Origin: Macrostomum lignano
Lineage: Eukaryota
Direction of reading: 5' to 3'
Length of the DNA: 64,000 bases
Assembly (NCBI GenBank): GCA_002269645.1
Contig: NIVC01000031.1
Coordinates: 186,001-250,000, forward strand
The notes beneath the pieces were generated by a model. The model did not search any database, was not told where the DNA came from, and worked only from the letters and a program-made list of their open reading frames with translations. Shown piece after piece: positions 46,401 through 58,712 of this stretch (position 1 is the stretch's first letter; each line of letters starts with the position of its first letter). Made by a program: the position numbers and the translations under genes.

Positions 46401-49400
46401 TAAGTTTTGTTACCAACTCGAAGAATAAGCGCTTACCAAGTGTATTATTTTTGCAAAAAATGTTTTGCATATTTTTTATGTAGACTTTGTCCAACAATTT
46501 AGCATTTATTAGGATAGAATTTTTGAAATAGCATTTGCTCAGTGAGGGTATTACTCAGTGAGAGGGTTACTCAGTAGGAGTGTTACTCAGTGAGAGTGTT
46601 ACTCAGTGAGGAGTGTTACTCAGTGAGAGTGTTACTCAGTGAGAGTGTTACTCAGTGAGAGTGTTACTCAGTGAGAGTGTTACTTAGTGATTTTTATAAC
46701 TGACAAATTAAACGTTTATCATATTGATATCGATCAATATAGTTGACCGACGCTTCTCAACCATCAGGTGCGACAGCTCTTCGACGCAGACTCAGCGGCA
46801 GCAGCAGCACCTGGAGCAGCAGCTGTCGCCGCCAACCGCCGGTGGCACCCAGCCGGGGCAGCCTGGTCGTGCCTTCAGTGCAGCAGCCAGACGGCACAAG
46901 TTGATGTTGCCACTGGAGAAGCAACAGGCTGTCGAAGAAGAAGATCCAGACATTGACGATCAAGATGATGATGACGATATTATGGACGAGATTTTCTGCT
47001 TTCCCGAAGCAGGCGACACTGCCGGCGGCGATGCAGAAGGCGACGGCAGCCGCCTAAGCGTCGGTCGGAGAAGAGGAACGGGGGAGCATTCGCAAGATCG
47101 CGACGATGTCCTGGTGTCGCCGGCCATTTCACCGGTGCCCTGGGCTCGAGATGTACCGTCCGGGGTCGGACTGAGGAGAACTGGTGGGTTTTTTATGGCT
47201 GGCCGGGTGGGTGTGAGAGGCAGGTGATGTGAGGGGTGGGTGCTGTAAGGGGTAGGTGTTGTGAAGGGTGGGTGTTGTGAGGGGTGGGTGTGAGAGGTAG
47301 GTGATGTGAGGGATAGGTGTTGTGAGGGGTGGGTGTGAGAGGTAGGTGATGTGAGGCATAGGTGTTGTGAGGGGTGGGTGTGAGAGGTAGGTGATGTGAG
47401 GGATAGGTGTTGTGAGGGGTGTGTGTTTTGAGGGATAGGTGTTGTGAGGGGTGGGTGTGAGAAGTAGGTGATGTGAGGCATAGGTGTTGTGAGGGGTGGG
47501 TGTGAGAGGTAGGTGATGTGAGGGATAGGTGTTGTGAGGGGTGTGTGTTTTGATGGATAGGTGTTGTGAGGGGTGGGTGCTGTAAGGGGTAGGTGTTGTG
47601 AAGGGTGGGTGTTGTGAGGGGTGGGTTTTGTGAAGGGTGGGTGTTGTGAAGGGTGGGTGTTGTGAGGGTTAGGTGTTTTAAGGGGTGGGTGCTGTAAGGG
47701 GTAGGTGTTTTGAGGTGTGGGTGTTGTGAGGGGTAGGTGTTGTGAGGGGTGGGTGTTGTAAGGGGTGGGTGTTGTAAGGGGTGGGTGTTGTAAGGGGTGG
47801 GTTTTGTAAGGGGTGGGTGTTGTAAGGGGTGGGTGTTGTGAGGGGTGGGTGTTGTGAGGGGTGGGTTTTGTGAGGGGGGGGGGTGTTGTGAGGGGTGTGT
47901 GTTGTGAGGAGGTGTTGTGAGGAGCGGGTGTTGTGAGGTGTGGGTGTGGTTGGATGTAGAGAGGGTGTGTACGGTGATGTAGATTAAGTTTAAAGTCTTT
48001 CAGTCCCATGTATGAGCTGCAATAAACAAACCGTTTATTTCTGCAGCAGTGAACACCTCAGATTCAAGTGCGCCTCTACAGATCAGCTCGGGCCGCCAGT
48101 GCGTCACTCTGCAAGTCCCCAGCTTTCGATTTTCCGTGAGTAGTGCTTGCTGTAACAGAATGACTACTGTTAGTAGAGCTGAGTGATTGTAGTGTTTGAA
48201 AGTTTGTCTGATATTTTTCAGTGAGGGGCGTTACTCAGTGAGGAGTGTTACTCAGTGAGGAGTGTTACTCAGTGAGGAGTGTTACTCAGTGAGGAGTGTT
48301 ACTCAGTGAGGAGTGTTACTCAGTGAGGAGTGTTACTCAGTGAGGAGTGTTACTCAGTAAGGAGTGTTACTCAGTGAGGAGTGTTACTCAGTGAGGAGTG
48401 ATACTCAGTGAGAGTGTTACCCAGTGAGAGTGTTACCCAGTGAGGAGTGTTACTCAGTGAGGAGTGTTACTCAGTGAGAGTGTTACTCAGTGAGGAGTGT
48501 TACTCAGTGAGGAGTGTTACTCAGTGAGGAGTGTTACTCAGTGAGGAGTGTTACTCAGTGAGGAGTGTTACTCAGTGAGGAGTGTTACTCAGTGAGGAGT
48601 GATACTCAGTGAGAGTGTTACCCAGTGAGGAGTGTTACTCAGTGAGGAGTGTTACTCAGTGGGGAGTGAGGAGTGATACTCAGTGAGAGTGTTACTCAGT
48701 GAGAGTGTTACTCAGTGAGGAGTGTTACTCAGTGAGGAGTGTTACTCAGTGAGAGTGTTACTCAGTGAGGAGTGTTACTCAGTGAGAGTGTTACTCAGTG
48801 AGAGTGTTACCCAGTGAGGAGTGTTACTCAGCGAGGAGTGTTACTCAGTGAGGAGTGTTACTCAGTGGGGAGTGAGGAGTGATACTCAGTGAGAGTGTTA
48901 CTCAGTGAGAGTGTTACTCAGTGAGAGTGTTACTCAGTGAGGAGTGTTACTCAGTGAGGAGTGTTACTCAGTGAGGAGTGTTACTCAGTGAGAGTGTTAC
49001 TCAGTGAGGAGTGTTACTCAGTGAGGAGTGTTACTCAGTGAGGAGTGTTACTCAGTGAGGAGTGTTACTCAGTGAGGAGTGTTACTCAGTGAGAGTGTTA
49101 CTCAGTGAGGAGTGTTACTCAGTGAGGAGTGTTACTCAGTGAGGAGTGTTACTCAGCGAGGGTGCTTTTTTAGTTCTTTTTTTTCAATTCTTCGATGCAG
49201 ATTTTAAGCGAAAAATCTTTAAAAACCATATAAAATATCCCGTGATAGATAGACTAAAATGCATTAAATTTTAATCGAATACATTCAGCCAAGGTAAAAC
49301 GTTAAATAGAGATAGAAGCAGAACAGCGATGAAGGGTTAAATAGAATATGAAGAATATGAAGTTCAAAAGCGCAGATCAAAGCGCGCATAGGGAGGCCTG

Positions 49401-52400
49401 CCATTCGAGTCCCAGAGCTTGGTCAATCGAATGACAAAGGAAGGCAGACAGAATTGAGAATGTAGCTAGAGGCAGAGGGGTACCTGTTCACAAACAGAGG
49501 ATCCTTTGTGTCAATTAACTAATTACCTAGCTTTGCTGAGCTGAGCGGCTTCCTGCGGTGTGTTGAGCTTCTAATGAGGAGGAAGCGAATGGCTCAAATG
49601 AAACAGCGCTGCATATGATTCAGGGTCTTCAGTAGCGAGCAGCTTATAAGAGTCAAGTTTTAACTTGCATGTGCTCAGGAGCTCAGGATTGTTGCACCAG
49701 TGTGTTCATTCACTGCTCAAATATCTTTAAGTCGTGTTTGCTCAAATATTCTTGCTTAAAACGCAAGAAATTCAAGAAATTCGCATGACTGACCGAGGCT
49801 TACACTGGATTATCACGCTAAGAGATATTGAAACGCTTAGCAACGTCAGGAATATGATGTTGAAAATTTAATTTGTCATTTGAACAAAGCCATAGTAATA
49901 TCAATAATAATAATAATTGATTACACCTGCCCTAATGGGCAGATGTGCAACCGACAGCTCAGCCGCAGCCATTGCGCGGCGCATCTGAAGGCTGCGTACG
50001 GCTGTTCAGTCCAAGGACTGGGGGGTCGCCACACACAGCCTCAATTACCCCAGCTAATGCTGGCACCCATTTTACAGCTGGGTGAACTGAAGCAATGCAG
50101 AGTTAAGTGTCTTGCTCAAGGACACAAATTGTTCCAAGTGTGTCGAGAATCGAACCCCCGACCTTCCAATGTAGAAAGATCCAATGAACCAAAATGTAGA
50201 ACATGGAAAGTATATTGAGAAATTTTTTTGTGAAATTACTTTTCTAAAAAATTAACGGCATTTGTTCTGAAAACTTCAAACCCGACTTCAAACTGAGCTA
50301 AAGAATGATGAGCCCAGACCAAGAAGTGCATACGCAAACTGCATGATTTGCATGACCTGAAACTCAGATAAGGCTGACTGGCTACCGCAGCCTCAGGCCA
50401 CTCGGATTGGATGGCGGGATGCCACGAGAATCGAAAAAAAGCGAGAGACAAAATCGCCAAAGGATCAGAGGCAGCCAAATCCTTTTGCATCGTTCAATAC
50501 TTTCCCCTTAGCAACTACTTGGAAGCATAATAATCCCATGCTTCTGTAAAGGATTTTTAACCCTTAAATGATGACCTCAAATCAGGATCAGCAGCAGCAG
50601 CTGCATCAACGCTTACAGCAGTTACAAACTCGTCAGCAAGCCCAGTCCGCGGCATCAAGCCCGGGATCGAACAGGTTTCGTCTGCTAAAGCGGACGAACA
50701 CCTGCAGTGCTCAGGTTTTTGCTGACAAACTGCGGCCTCTCGTGCAGACGGTAAATTGCTTATGAATCAGATTGAGCATGAGGGATGTTAACTATAATAT
50801 TGAGATTGACGCTGAGACTAACTGTGAGATTGACGATGAGATTGACTATGAGATTTATTATGAGATTGACAATGAGATTGACAATGAGATTGACTATGAG
50901 ATTTATTGTGAGATTGACGATGAGATTGACTATGAGATTTATTATGAGATTGACTATGAGATTGACAATGAGATTGACTATGAGATTTATTGTGAGATTG
51001 ACGATGAGATTGACTATGAGATTTATTATGAGATTGACTATGAGATTGACAATGAGATTGACTATGAGATTTATTGTGAGATTGACGATGAGATTGACTA
51101 TGAGATTTATTATGAGATTGACAATGAGATTGACTATGAGATTTACTATGAGATTGACTATGAGATTGACTATGAGATTAACTATGAGATTTATTGTGAG
51201 ATTGACTATGAGATTTATTATGAGATTGACAATGAGATTGACTATGAGATTAACTATGAGATTTATTGTGAGATTGACTATGAGATTAACTATGAGATTT
51301 ATTGTGAGATTGACTATGAGACTCATTACCTATAATATTGAGATTGACGCTGAGACTAACTGTGAGATTGACGATGAGATTGACTATGAGATTTACCATG
51401 AGATTGACTATGAGATTGACTATGAGATTGACTATGAGATTAACTATGAGATTTATTGTGAGATTGACTATGAGACTCATTACCTATAATATTGAGATTG
51501 ACGCTGAGACTAACTGTGAGATTGACGATGAGATTGACTATGAGATTTATTATGAGATTAACAATGAGATTGACAATGAGATTGACTATGAGATTAACTA
51601 TGAGATTTATTGTGAGATTGACTATAAGACTCACTATGAGATTGACGATAAGATTGACTATGAGATTACTATGAGATTGACTGTGAGATTGACTCTGAAA
51701 CTGCCTATGAGATGGACCTTAAGGTTGATAAATGGCTATAAGATTGAAATTAAGATTAATATTTACATTAAGTTCAAATCAACTTTAGCAATTCAAATCC
51801 AAGCATTATTAAAACAAAAGCTGAGAACCGTAGCAGAGAAATCCCGACCCGCATGTTAGCCCAGTGGTCAGAGCGTCGGACACATGACTGAAAGGTCGGG
51901 GGTTCGATTCTCGACACACTTGGAACAATTTGTGTCCTTGAGCAAGACAATTAACTCTGCATTGCTTCAGTTCACCCAGCTGTAAAATGGACGCCAGCAT
52001 TAGCTGGGGTAATTGAGGGTGTCTGTGGCGACCCCCCAGTCCTTGAACTGAACAGCCGTACGCAGCCTTCAGATGCGCCGCGCAATAGCTGCGGCTGAGC
52101 TGTCGGTTGCACATCTGCCCATTAGTATTAATTATTATTATTATTAATAATAATCAGTTGACACGTTTTCGAGAGACGAGAATCAACCCGGTTGAATACG
52201 TCATCCTGTCAATCAGGAATTGTGCGGTCATAAATTTTATTAAACTAGCATTAACCGTTGAAGGTTTTGTGAAAATTTTGGTGAATTATTTGAATTTTTG
52301 CATCAATCAGTCAGTTAAAACAAACTACGAGCGTAGTTGATCAATTTATTCTATCAATAACTAGTCAATATCAATTACAACACAACATTTTCAGATCAAG

Positions 52401-54201
52401 AGACACGGCAGTTCAGCGAGTCTGACCAGTGACAATGAGGATCAGGAGACCGAGCCCACCAAGGAAAATCTCCATCGAAGGGGTCGACGGGCGGCCATCT
52501 ACAATTCAAAGGTTAGTGGCGGAAATGGCTGGTAATTAGTACTCTATCCTTATTCTACCGGTATAGGGAAGTGTGGCGCTTGTGTTGAAGCATCTCCGAA
52601 GGTATTGACAATGACTGGAGCATCTAGAAGAGTAGTGACGTCACTTGCAGCATCTGGGGTATTTGTGACGTCACGTCACTTGAATCATCTGTGAGAGCAG
52701 TGATGTTATTTAAAGCATCTGGGAGAGCAGTGACGTCACTTGAAGTATCTGGGAGAGAAGAAATGTCACTGGAAGCATATGGGAATGCAGTGACGTCACT
52801 TGAAGCATCTGGGAGAGCAGTGACGTCACTTGAAGCATCTGGGAGAGTAGTGACGTCACTTGAAGCATCTGAGAGTGTAATAACATCAAGTGAAGCATCC
52901 CGAAGAGTATGTGTAGCCTGCCGAATCAATAAAAGTGTTTTGCTAGAAGTCACAAAGCATTGACGTAAAAATTATGTCCTTTAATCCCTTAGGAGCAGTA
53001 GCCGTCTTAGCATAAATATAAGAATGAAAGAGACGAAGCATTGCCTGAGTCCTAGTCAGCACAGAATCCTGTGCCGTTGCAATTCAAGCTGAACAGTTTG
53101 TTTTACTGCCACAGCAACCCCCTGAGAGAATCGAGCAGTATTGAGAATGGTATCGTAAAAAAACATTTTTTATTGTCCTGGATAAAACGAGATAAAAACA
53201 GGCATTCTAAACTTTTGTTCTTGTTTTTTCCAACGCACTAAAATTACTTGTTTATTGAATATGTTTGAAATAATTATATAATACTAGATGAACCTACGCA
53301 CATATTTAAGTTACACATCTCACATCTGCATGTAGTTGGGGTGGGGACGCTAGATTGGTGCGATAGGACGTGTGGATTAGCCAAAGAATGTGTAGGAATT
53401 AGCCATAGGATGTGTAGGGATTAGCCATAGAATGTGTAGGAATTAGCCATAGGATGTGTAGGGATTAGCCATAGAATGTGTAGGGATTAGCCATATGATG
53501 TGTAGGGATTAGCCATAGAATGTGTAGGGATTAGCCATAGGATGTGTAAGGAATGGCCATAGAATGTGTAGGGATTAGCCATGGAATGTGTAGGGATTAG
53601 CCATAGAATGTATAGGGATTAGCCATAGAATTTGTAGGGATTAGCCATAGGATGTGTAAGGATTGGCCATAGAATGTGTAGGGATTAGCAATAGAATGTG
53701 TACGGATTAGCCATAGGATGTGTAAGGATTGGCCATAGAATGTGTAGGGATTAGCCATAGAATGTGTAAGGATTGGCCATAGAATGTGTAGGGATTAGCC
53801 ATAGAATGTGTAGAATGTATAGGGATTAGCCATAGAATGTGTAGGGATTAGCCATAGAATGTGTACAGATTAGCCATATAATGTGTAGGGATTAGCCATA
53901 GAATGTGTACGGATTAGCCATAGAATGTGTAGGGATTAGCCATAGGATGTGTAGGGGAGCATAAGATAATCAGGACGCCCTGTGAGGTGTTCAGAATGGG
54001 TGCAATGAAAGGAAAAATCTCACAGCCTCAAAATACAGAACAATGTAGAATCCCAGATTGAAAGGAGCCCCGGCAACAGGCTAAGTCTAATTAAACGGCT
54101 GCACAGCATTCGGAACACATTGAACAGATGCCCCTATTTTCATGAGCAGCGTAATTTCCTCCGCAGGTGCTCGACACGGAACTCGGTCGGGTCGTAATCA
54201 G
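43335..54201 (+). CDS. Unidentified multi-exon gene, about 460 aa low-complexity N-terminal region, possibly PDE7-like phosphodiesterase; probably incomplete
   Basis: Six to seven GT-AG exons chain in compatible phases (0,2,1,0,0,0). The product is rich in basophilic kinase motifs. No catalytic domain is seen in the window. Confidence 0.6.
43775..43945. repeat. Degenerate reverse-orientation relative of the 21-bp 10318-10883 minisatellite
   Basis: GGGGTCACTGAAGGATC-type units, the reverse complement of GATCCTTCAGTGACCC. Confidence 0.7.
44055..44494 (+). CDS. Plus-strand gene exon A (TRQMEIRTPLP...RRRSSSLGDL...RRRMLTEQ...KTRR)
   Basis: CCCACAG acceptor (alternative CAG directly before the ATG at 44064), CG|GTGAGT donor, GC-rich open frame. 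Confidence 0.65.
44495..45030. repeat. 12-bp minisatellite ATGAGTGAGTTT starting at the exon A donor
   Basis: Direct reading. Confidence 0.95.
46540..46690. repeat. 16/17-bp minisatellite AGTGAG(G)AGTGTTACTC, short block
   Basis: Direct reading; same unit as 48222-49160. Confidence 0.9.
46768..47183 (+). CDS. Plus-strand gene exon B (CDSSSTQTQRQQQHL...DDQDDDDD...VGLRRT)
   Basis: CCATCAG acceptor in phase 2; predicted donor G|GTGGGT in phase 1. Confidence 0.62.
47205..47945. repeat. G/T-rich array GTGAGGGGTGGGTGTT and variants
   Basis: Direct reading. Confidence 0.93.
48047..48135 (+). CDS. Plus-strand gene exon C (AVNTSDSSAPLQISSGRQCVTLQVPSFRFS)
   Basis: TTTATTTCTGCAG acceptor, TCC|GTGAGT donor. 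Bridges phase 1 to phase 0. Confidence 0.55.
48222..49160. repeat. 16/17-bp minisatellite AGTGAG(G)AGTGTTACTC, long block
   Basis: Direct reading. Confidence 0.97.
49903..50166 (-). mobile_element. tRNA-derived CORE-like SINE family 1, copy 3 (5'-truncated, reverse)
   Basis: Reverse complement of the same element, with a (TAA)n tail at about 49900-49917. Confidence 0.9.
50586..50750 (+). CDS. Plus-strand gene exon D (DQQQQLHQRL...LLKRTNT...LRPLVQT)
   Basis: AAATCAG acceptor, ACG|GTAAAT donor, 165 nt, phase 0-0. Confidence 0.65.
50793..51700. repeat. 12-bp minisatellite ATGAGATTGACT with higher-order restarts
   Basis: Leader TATAATATTGAGATTGACGCTGAGACTAAC recurs near 50793, 51330 and 51485. 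Confidence 0.95.
51846..52150 (+). mobile_element. tRNA-derived CORE-like SINE family 1, copy 4
   Basis: A box TAGCCCAGTGG, B box GGTTCGATTCT, core, (TTA/TAA)n tail. Confidence 0.9.
52395..52511 (+). CDS. Plus-strand gene exon E (IKRHGSSASLTSDNEDQETEPTKENLHRRGRRAAIYNSK)
   Basis: CATTTTCAG acceptor, AAG|GTTAGT donor, 117 nt, phase 0-0. Not in the ORF track. Confidence 0.7.
52630..52880. repeat. 30-bp minisatellite AGTGACGTCACTTGAAGCATCTGGGAGAGC
   Basis: About 8 copies. Confidence 0.9.
52636..52858. promoter_or_regulatory. Cluster of six perfect CRE palindromes TGACGTCA
   Basis: Sites at 52636, 52666, 52731, 52791, 52821 and 52851. The motifs are certain; function is not. Confidence 0.45.
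53375..53955. repeat. 22-bp minisatellite GATTAGCCATAGAATGTGTAGG
   Basis: Direct reading. Confidence 0.95.
54167..54201 (+). CDS. Plus-strand gene exon F (VLDTELGRVVIR)
   Basis: TTTCCTCCGCAG acceptor. Weak donor AG|GTCTGC; if unspliced it reads on as RSAR*. Confidence 0.5.
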
Positions 54202-54644
54202 GTCTGCTAGATGAGCCAAGCTCATATTGCTCCATTCCCACGGGAGGAAATCAAATAGGAGAATGCTGGGACAAAAGGGGAGTCTACCTGTCTCTCGTCT
54301 CTCTCCTCTCTTCCCTCAATTCAGCAGCCTCAGACCTCTCTGCTTCGTGTCGAATTTCAATCCATTTATCGCCCTAGCTGTCCCCTTCATGTCCTCATCC
54401 TGCCTCCCGCCCCTCTCTCTGTACGAATGTAGCGAGTGTATTAAGATTGGCTTTGCATAGCAGAGATATGGAGATAATAACATGAGATTTTTCTATTAGA
54501 ACCTAATTTTCGGAACATAATATAAATGGATTTTTAGACAGAAAAGAGATTTGAAGGCCAGATTTGGCGTAGCTTTGCGTGGAAATAGGATTATCTTTAT
54601 CAGGAGATGGACTGCTCCCAGTGGGTTATTCTGGTTCTGATTAG

Positions 54645-55460
54645 CTGTGAGATTCACTATGAGACTCACTATGAGATTCACTTTGAGATTCAATATGAGA
54701 TTTACTATGAGATTCACTGTGAGATTTATTTTGAGATTCAGTATGAGATTCACTTTGAGACTCACTATGAGATTCAACTATAAGATTCACTGTGAGTTTC
54801 ATTATGATTCATTATGAGATTCACTATGAGATTCCCTATGAGATTGACGATGAGATTCCCTATGAGATTCACTGTGAGATGTATTTCGAGATTCAGTATG
54901 AGATTCACTTTGAGACTCACTATGACATTCACTTTGGGATTCAATATGAGATTTACTATGAGATTCACTGTGAGATTTATTTTGAGATTCAGTATGAGAT
55001 TCACTTTGAGACTCACTATGAGATTCAACTATAAGATTCACTGTGAGTTTCATTATGATTCATTATGAGATTCACTATGAGATTCCCTATGAGATTGACG
55101 ATGAGATTCCCTATGAGATTCACTGTGAGATGTATTTCGAGATTCAGTATGAGATTCACTTTGAGACTCACTATGACATTCACTTTGGGATTCAATATGA
55201 GATTTACTAAGAGATACACTATGAGATTCACTGTGAGATGTATTTTGAGATTCAGTATGAGATTCACTTTGAGATTCACTATGAGATTCACTATGAGATT
55301 CACTATGAGATTCACTATGAGATTCACTATGAGATTCACTATGAGATTCACTATGAGGCTTACTATGGGATTCACTATGAAAATAACTATGAGATTCACT
55401 ATGAGATTCACTATGAGATTCACTATGTGATGCACTATGAGGTTTATTATGAGATTTCAT
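54645..55460. repeat. 12-bp minisatellite ATGAGATTCACT with about 250-bp higher-order duplication
   Basis: CAACTATAAGATTCACTGTGAGTTTCATTATG recurs at 54775 and 55026. Confidence 0.93.
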
Positions 55461-56146
55461 GGAAGATTCAGTTTTAATTAGAATATTTAATAAACCAACA
55501 AGACTAGCCTAGGCATGTCTGTTTTCTGAACTATGCATACAAGCACTCAATCAATTAATCTAATAATAGTATTATTATATATTCTCATATTAAAGCTGCT
55601 CAACTCTGAGAACTTAAGTGACCCGCGAATAAAATCACTAAGGGATGTGTCTCCAATCAGCTCTACTGTCTATCAGAAAATATATTACGAGAATTGGTTG
55701 CGCAGGGTTATTAATATTTCTGCTTGGGATATTATTGATAGTTATGACGATCTAATGAATTAATTCATTTGGATCGTAGTTCAGGCTTAAAATCGTGCAC
55801 GAATAGTCGAGGACTGAGCGATACAGCAGTAGCTATAGTAAGATTTTCCTCAAAAGAAGAAAAGAATTCGCGATCATTTATCAATGCGCATTGTGCGTTT
55901 CTCTGCCTTTTTTGGCTCTTTGTGAAGCCGGGGGAGAGTCTTTTTGCTGGGGTGCTTCTCGGTCAAAAGAAAGCGATGCATGTGTAATAGCTGTCGTGTT
56001 TTTAAAGTGCACGGTGGCCGAATGTCTGGGATTTAACATAAGGCAGTAGGAAAAAGTAGATTGAGCCACATAGGTGAGTACATTGGCTAGATTTGGTAGA
56101 GAGAATAACAGTAAGATGGGATACGCCGTGGAAAAGTAGAGTAGAA

Positions 56147-57365
56147 TAGTAGAGTAGAGTAGAGTAGAGTAGAGTAGAGTAGAGTAGAGTAGAGTAGAGT
56201 AGAGTAGAGTAGAGTAGAGTAGAGTAGAGTAGAATAGAGTACAGAAGAGTAGAGTAGAGTAGTAGAGTAGACTAGAGTAGAATAGAATAGTAGAGTAGAG
56301 TAGAATAGAGTAGAGTAGAGTAGAGTAGAGTAGAGTAGAGTAGAGTAGAGTAGAGTAGAGTAGAGTAGAGTAGAGTAGAGTAGAAAAGAGTAGAATAGAA
56401 TAGTAGAGTAGAGTAGAGTAGAGTAGAGTAGAGTAGAGTAGAGTAGAGTAGAGTAGAGTAGTAGAGTAGACTAGAGTAGAATAGAATAGTAGAGTAGAGT
56501 AGAGTAGAGTAGAGTAGAGTAGAATAGAATAGTAGAGTAGAGTAGAGTAGAGTAGAGTAGAGTAGAGTAGAGTAGAGTAGAGTAGAGTAGAGTAGAGTAG
56601 AGTAGAGTAGAGTAGAATAGAATAGTAGAGTAGAGTAGAGTAGAGTAGAGTAGAGTAGAGTAGAGTAGAGTAGAGTAGAGTAGAGTAGAGTAGAGTAGAG
56701 TAGAGTAGAGTAGAGTAGAGTAGAGTAGAGTAGAGTAGAGTAGAGTAGAGTAGAATAGAGTAGAGTAGAAAAGAGTATAGAAGAGTAGAGTAGAGTAGTA
56801 GAGTAGACTAGAGTAGAGTAGAATAGTAGAGTAGAGTAGAGTAGATTAGAGTAGAGTAGAGTAGAGTAGAGTAGAGTAGAGTAGAGTAGAGTAGAGTAGA
56901 GTAGAATAGAAAAGAGTAGAACAGAATATAGTAGAGTAGAGTAGAGTAGAGTAGAGTAGAGTAGAGTAGAATAGAAAAGAGTAGAACAGAATATAGTAGA
57001 GTAGAGTAGAGTAGAGTAGAAAAGAGTAGAATAGAGTAGATTAGATTAGAGTAGAGTAGAGTAGAGTAGAATAGTAGAGTAGAGTAGAGCAGATTAGAGT
57101 AGACTAGAGTAGAGTAGAGTAGAGTAGAGTAGAGTAGTAGAGTAGACTAGAGTAGAGTAGAAAGAGTAGAGTAGAGTAGAGTAGAATAGAATAGTAGAGT
57201 AGAGTAGAGCAGAGTAGAGTAGAGTAGAGCAGAGTAGAGTAGAGTAGAGTAGAGTAGAGTAGAGCAGAGTAGAGTAGAGTAGAGTAGAGTAGAGTAGAGT
57301 AGAGTAGAGTAGAGTAGAGTAGAGTAGAGTAGAGTAGAGTAGAGTAGAGTAGAGTAGAGTAGAGT
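56147..57365. repeat. (AGTAG)n microsatellite
   Basis: Direct reading. Confidence 0.97.
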
Positions 57366-57964
57366 AAAAACAGAATCGAAAGGGAAACTGTAGAGCAGAG
57401 TATTATTTGATCAATCCTAAACTCAAGCAGCTGATGTCAGAGAAAAAACAGTGAAAACTTGGATTTAATTATTTCGGATTGAAATTGGCTCGCAAGTTCC
57501 AAAAGTTATCATGAGCCCAAAGCATTACGAAAATGTCTGGCACACAAGGCAGAAAAGGATATCCCCAGATGGATTAAATAAAACAAACTCGCAAGGGGAG
57601 AAATGTTCTCCAGCGCGAGGCTCAGGTTGCCCCGTGACAATCCCCTCGGGAGACTTAAGCCACTATCCTCTTAATAATCTCAGGTGAGCTACTCGCAGCC
57701 AAGAGGCAGATGAGCAGTTAAGTTTGTCTCCACGAGGAAGAGAGTTAGGGAAAAAAGGCGAGAGGTAGGAAATATTGAACAGCTTTCTGTCTCGTTTTGG
57801 CAAACAAAATTTCCCACAATGCCCTGATTCTTCTTGTGTTATCATAAGCCTGCAGGACGCATACGGTAGATGTGCACTTTAGATATTATCATGTGGCGTG
57901 TACACCTGGTCAGGGCAGGTTGACAGACCCCCCCTGCTACTCATCGTTCGGTGCGTTTGACACC

Positions 57965-58712
57965 GAAATTGGTTGTCAGGAGTGACAGGAGTTGGATGTC
58001 AGGAGTGACAGGAATTGGGTGTCAGGAGTGACAGGAATTGGGTGTCAAGAGTGACCGAAATTGGGTGTCAGGAGTGACAGGAATTGGGTGTCAGGAGTGA
58101 CAGAAATTGGGTGTCAGGAGTGACAGAAATTGGGTGTCAGGAGTGACAGAAATTGGGTGTCAGGAGTGACAGGAGTTGGGTGTCAGGAGGGACAGAAATT
58201 GGGTGTCAGGAGTGACAGGAGTTGGGTATCAGGAGTGACAGGAATTGGGTGTCAGGAGTGACAGGAGTTGGGTATCAGGAGTGACAGAAATTGGTTGTCA
58301 GAAGTGACAGGAATTGGGTGTCAAGAGTGACCGAAATTGGGTGTCAGGAGTGACAGGAATTGGGTGTCAAGAGTGACCGAAATTGGGTGTCAGGAGTGAC
58401 CGAAATTGGGTGTCAGGAGTGACAGGAATTGAGTGTCAGGAGTGACAGGAATTGGGTGTCAGGAGTGACAGGAATTGGGTGTCAGGAGTGACAGGAATTG
58501 GGTGTCAGGAGTGACAGGAATTGGGTGTCAGGAGTGACAGGAATTGGGTGTCAAGAGTGACCGAAATTGGGTGTCAGAAGTGACAGGAATTGGGTGTCAG
58601 GAGTGACAGGAATTGGGTGTCAAGAGTGACCGAAATTGGGTGTCAGGAGTGACAGGAATTGGGTGTCAGGAGTGACAGGAATTGGGTGTCAGGAGTGACA
58701 GGAATTAGGTTT
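57965..58712. repeat. 23-bp minisatellite TCAGGAGTGACAGGAATTGGGTG
   Basis: Direct reading. Confidence 0.95.

Noticed and set aside
50760-55477. Periodic ORFs (LIVN, EIDY, MRLT, SESH)
   Set aside because: Translations of 12-bp minisatellites within introns.
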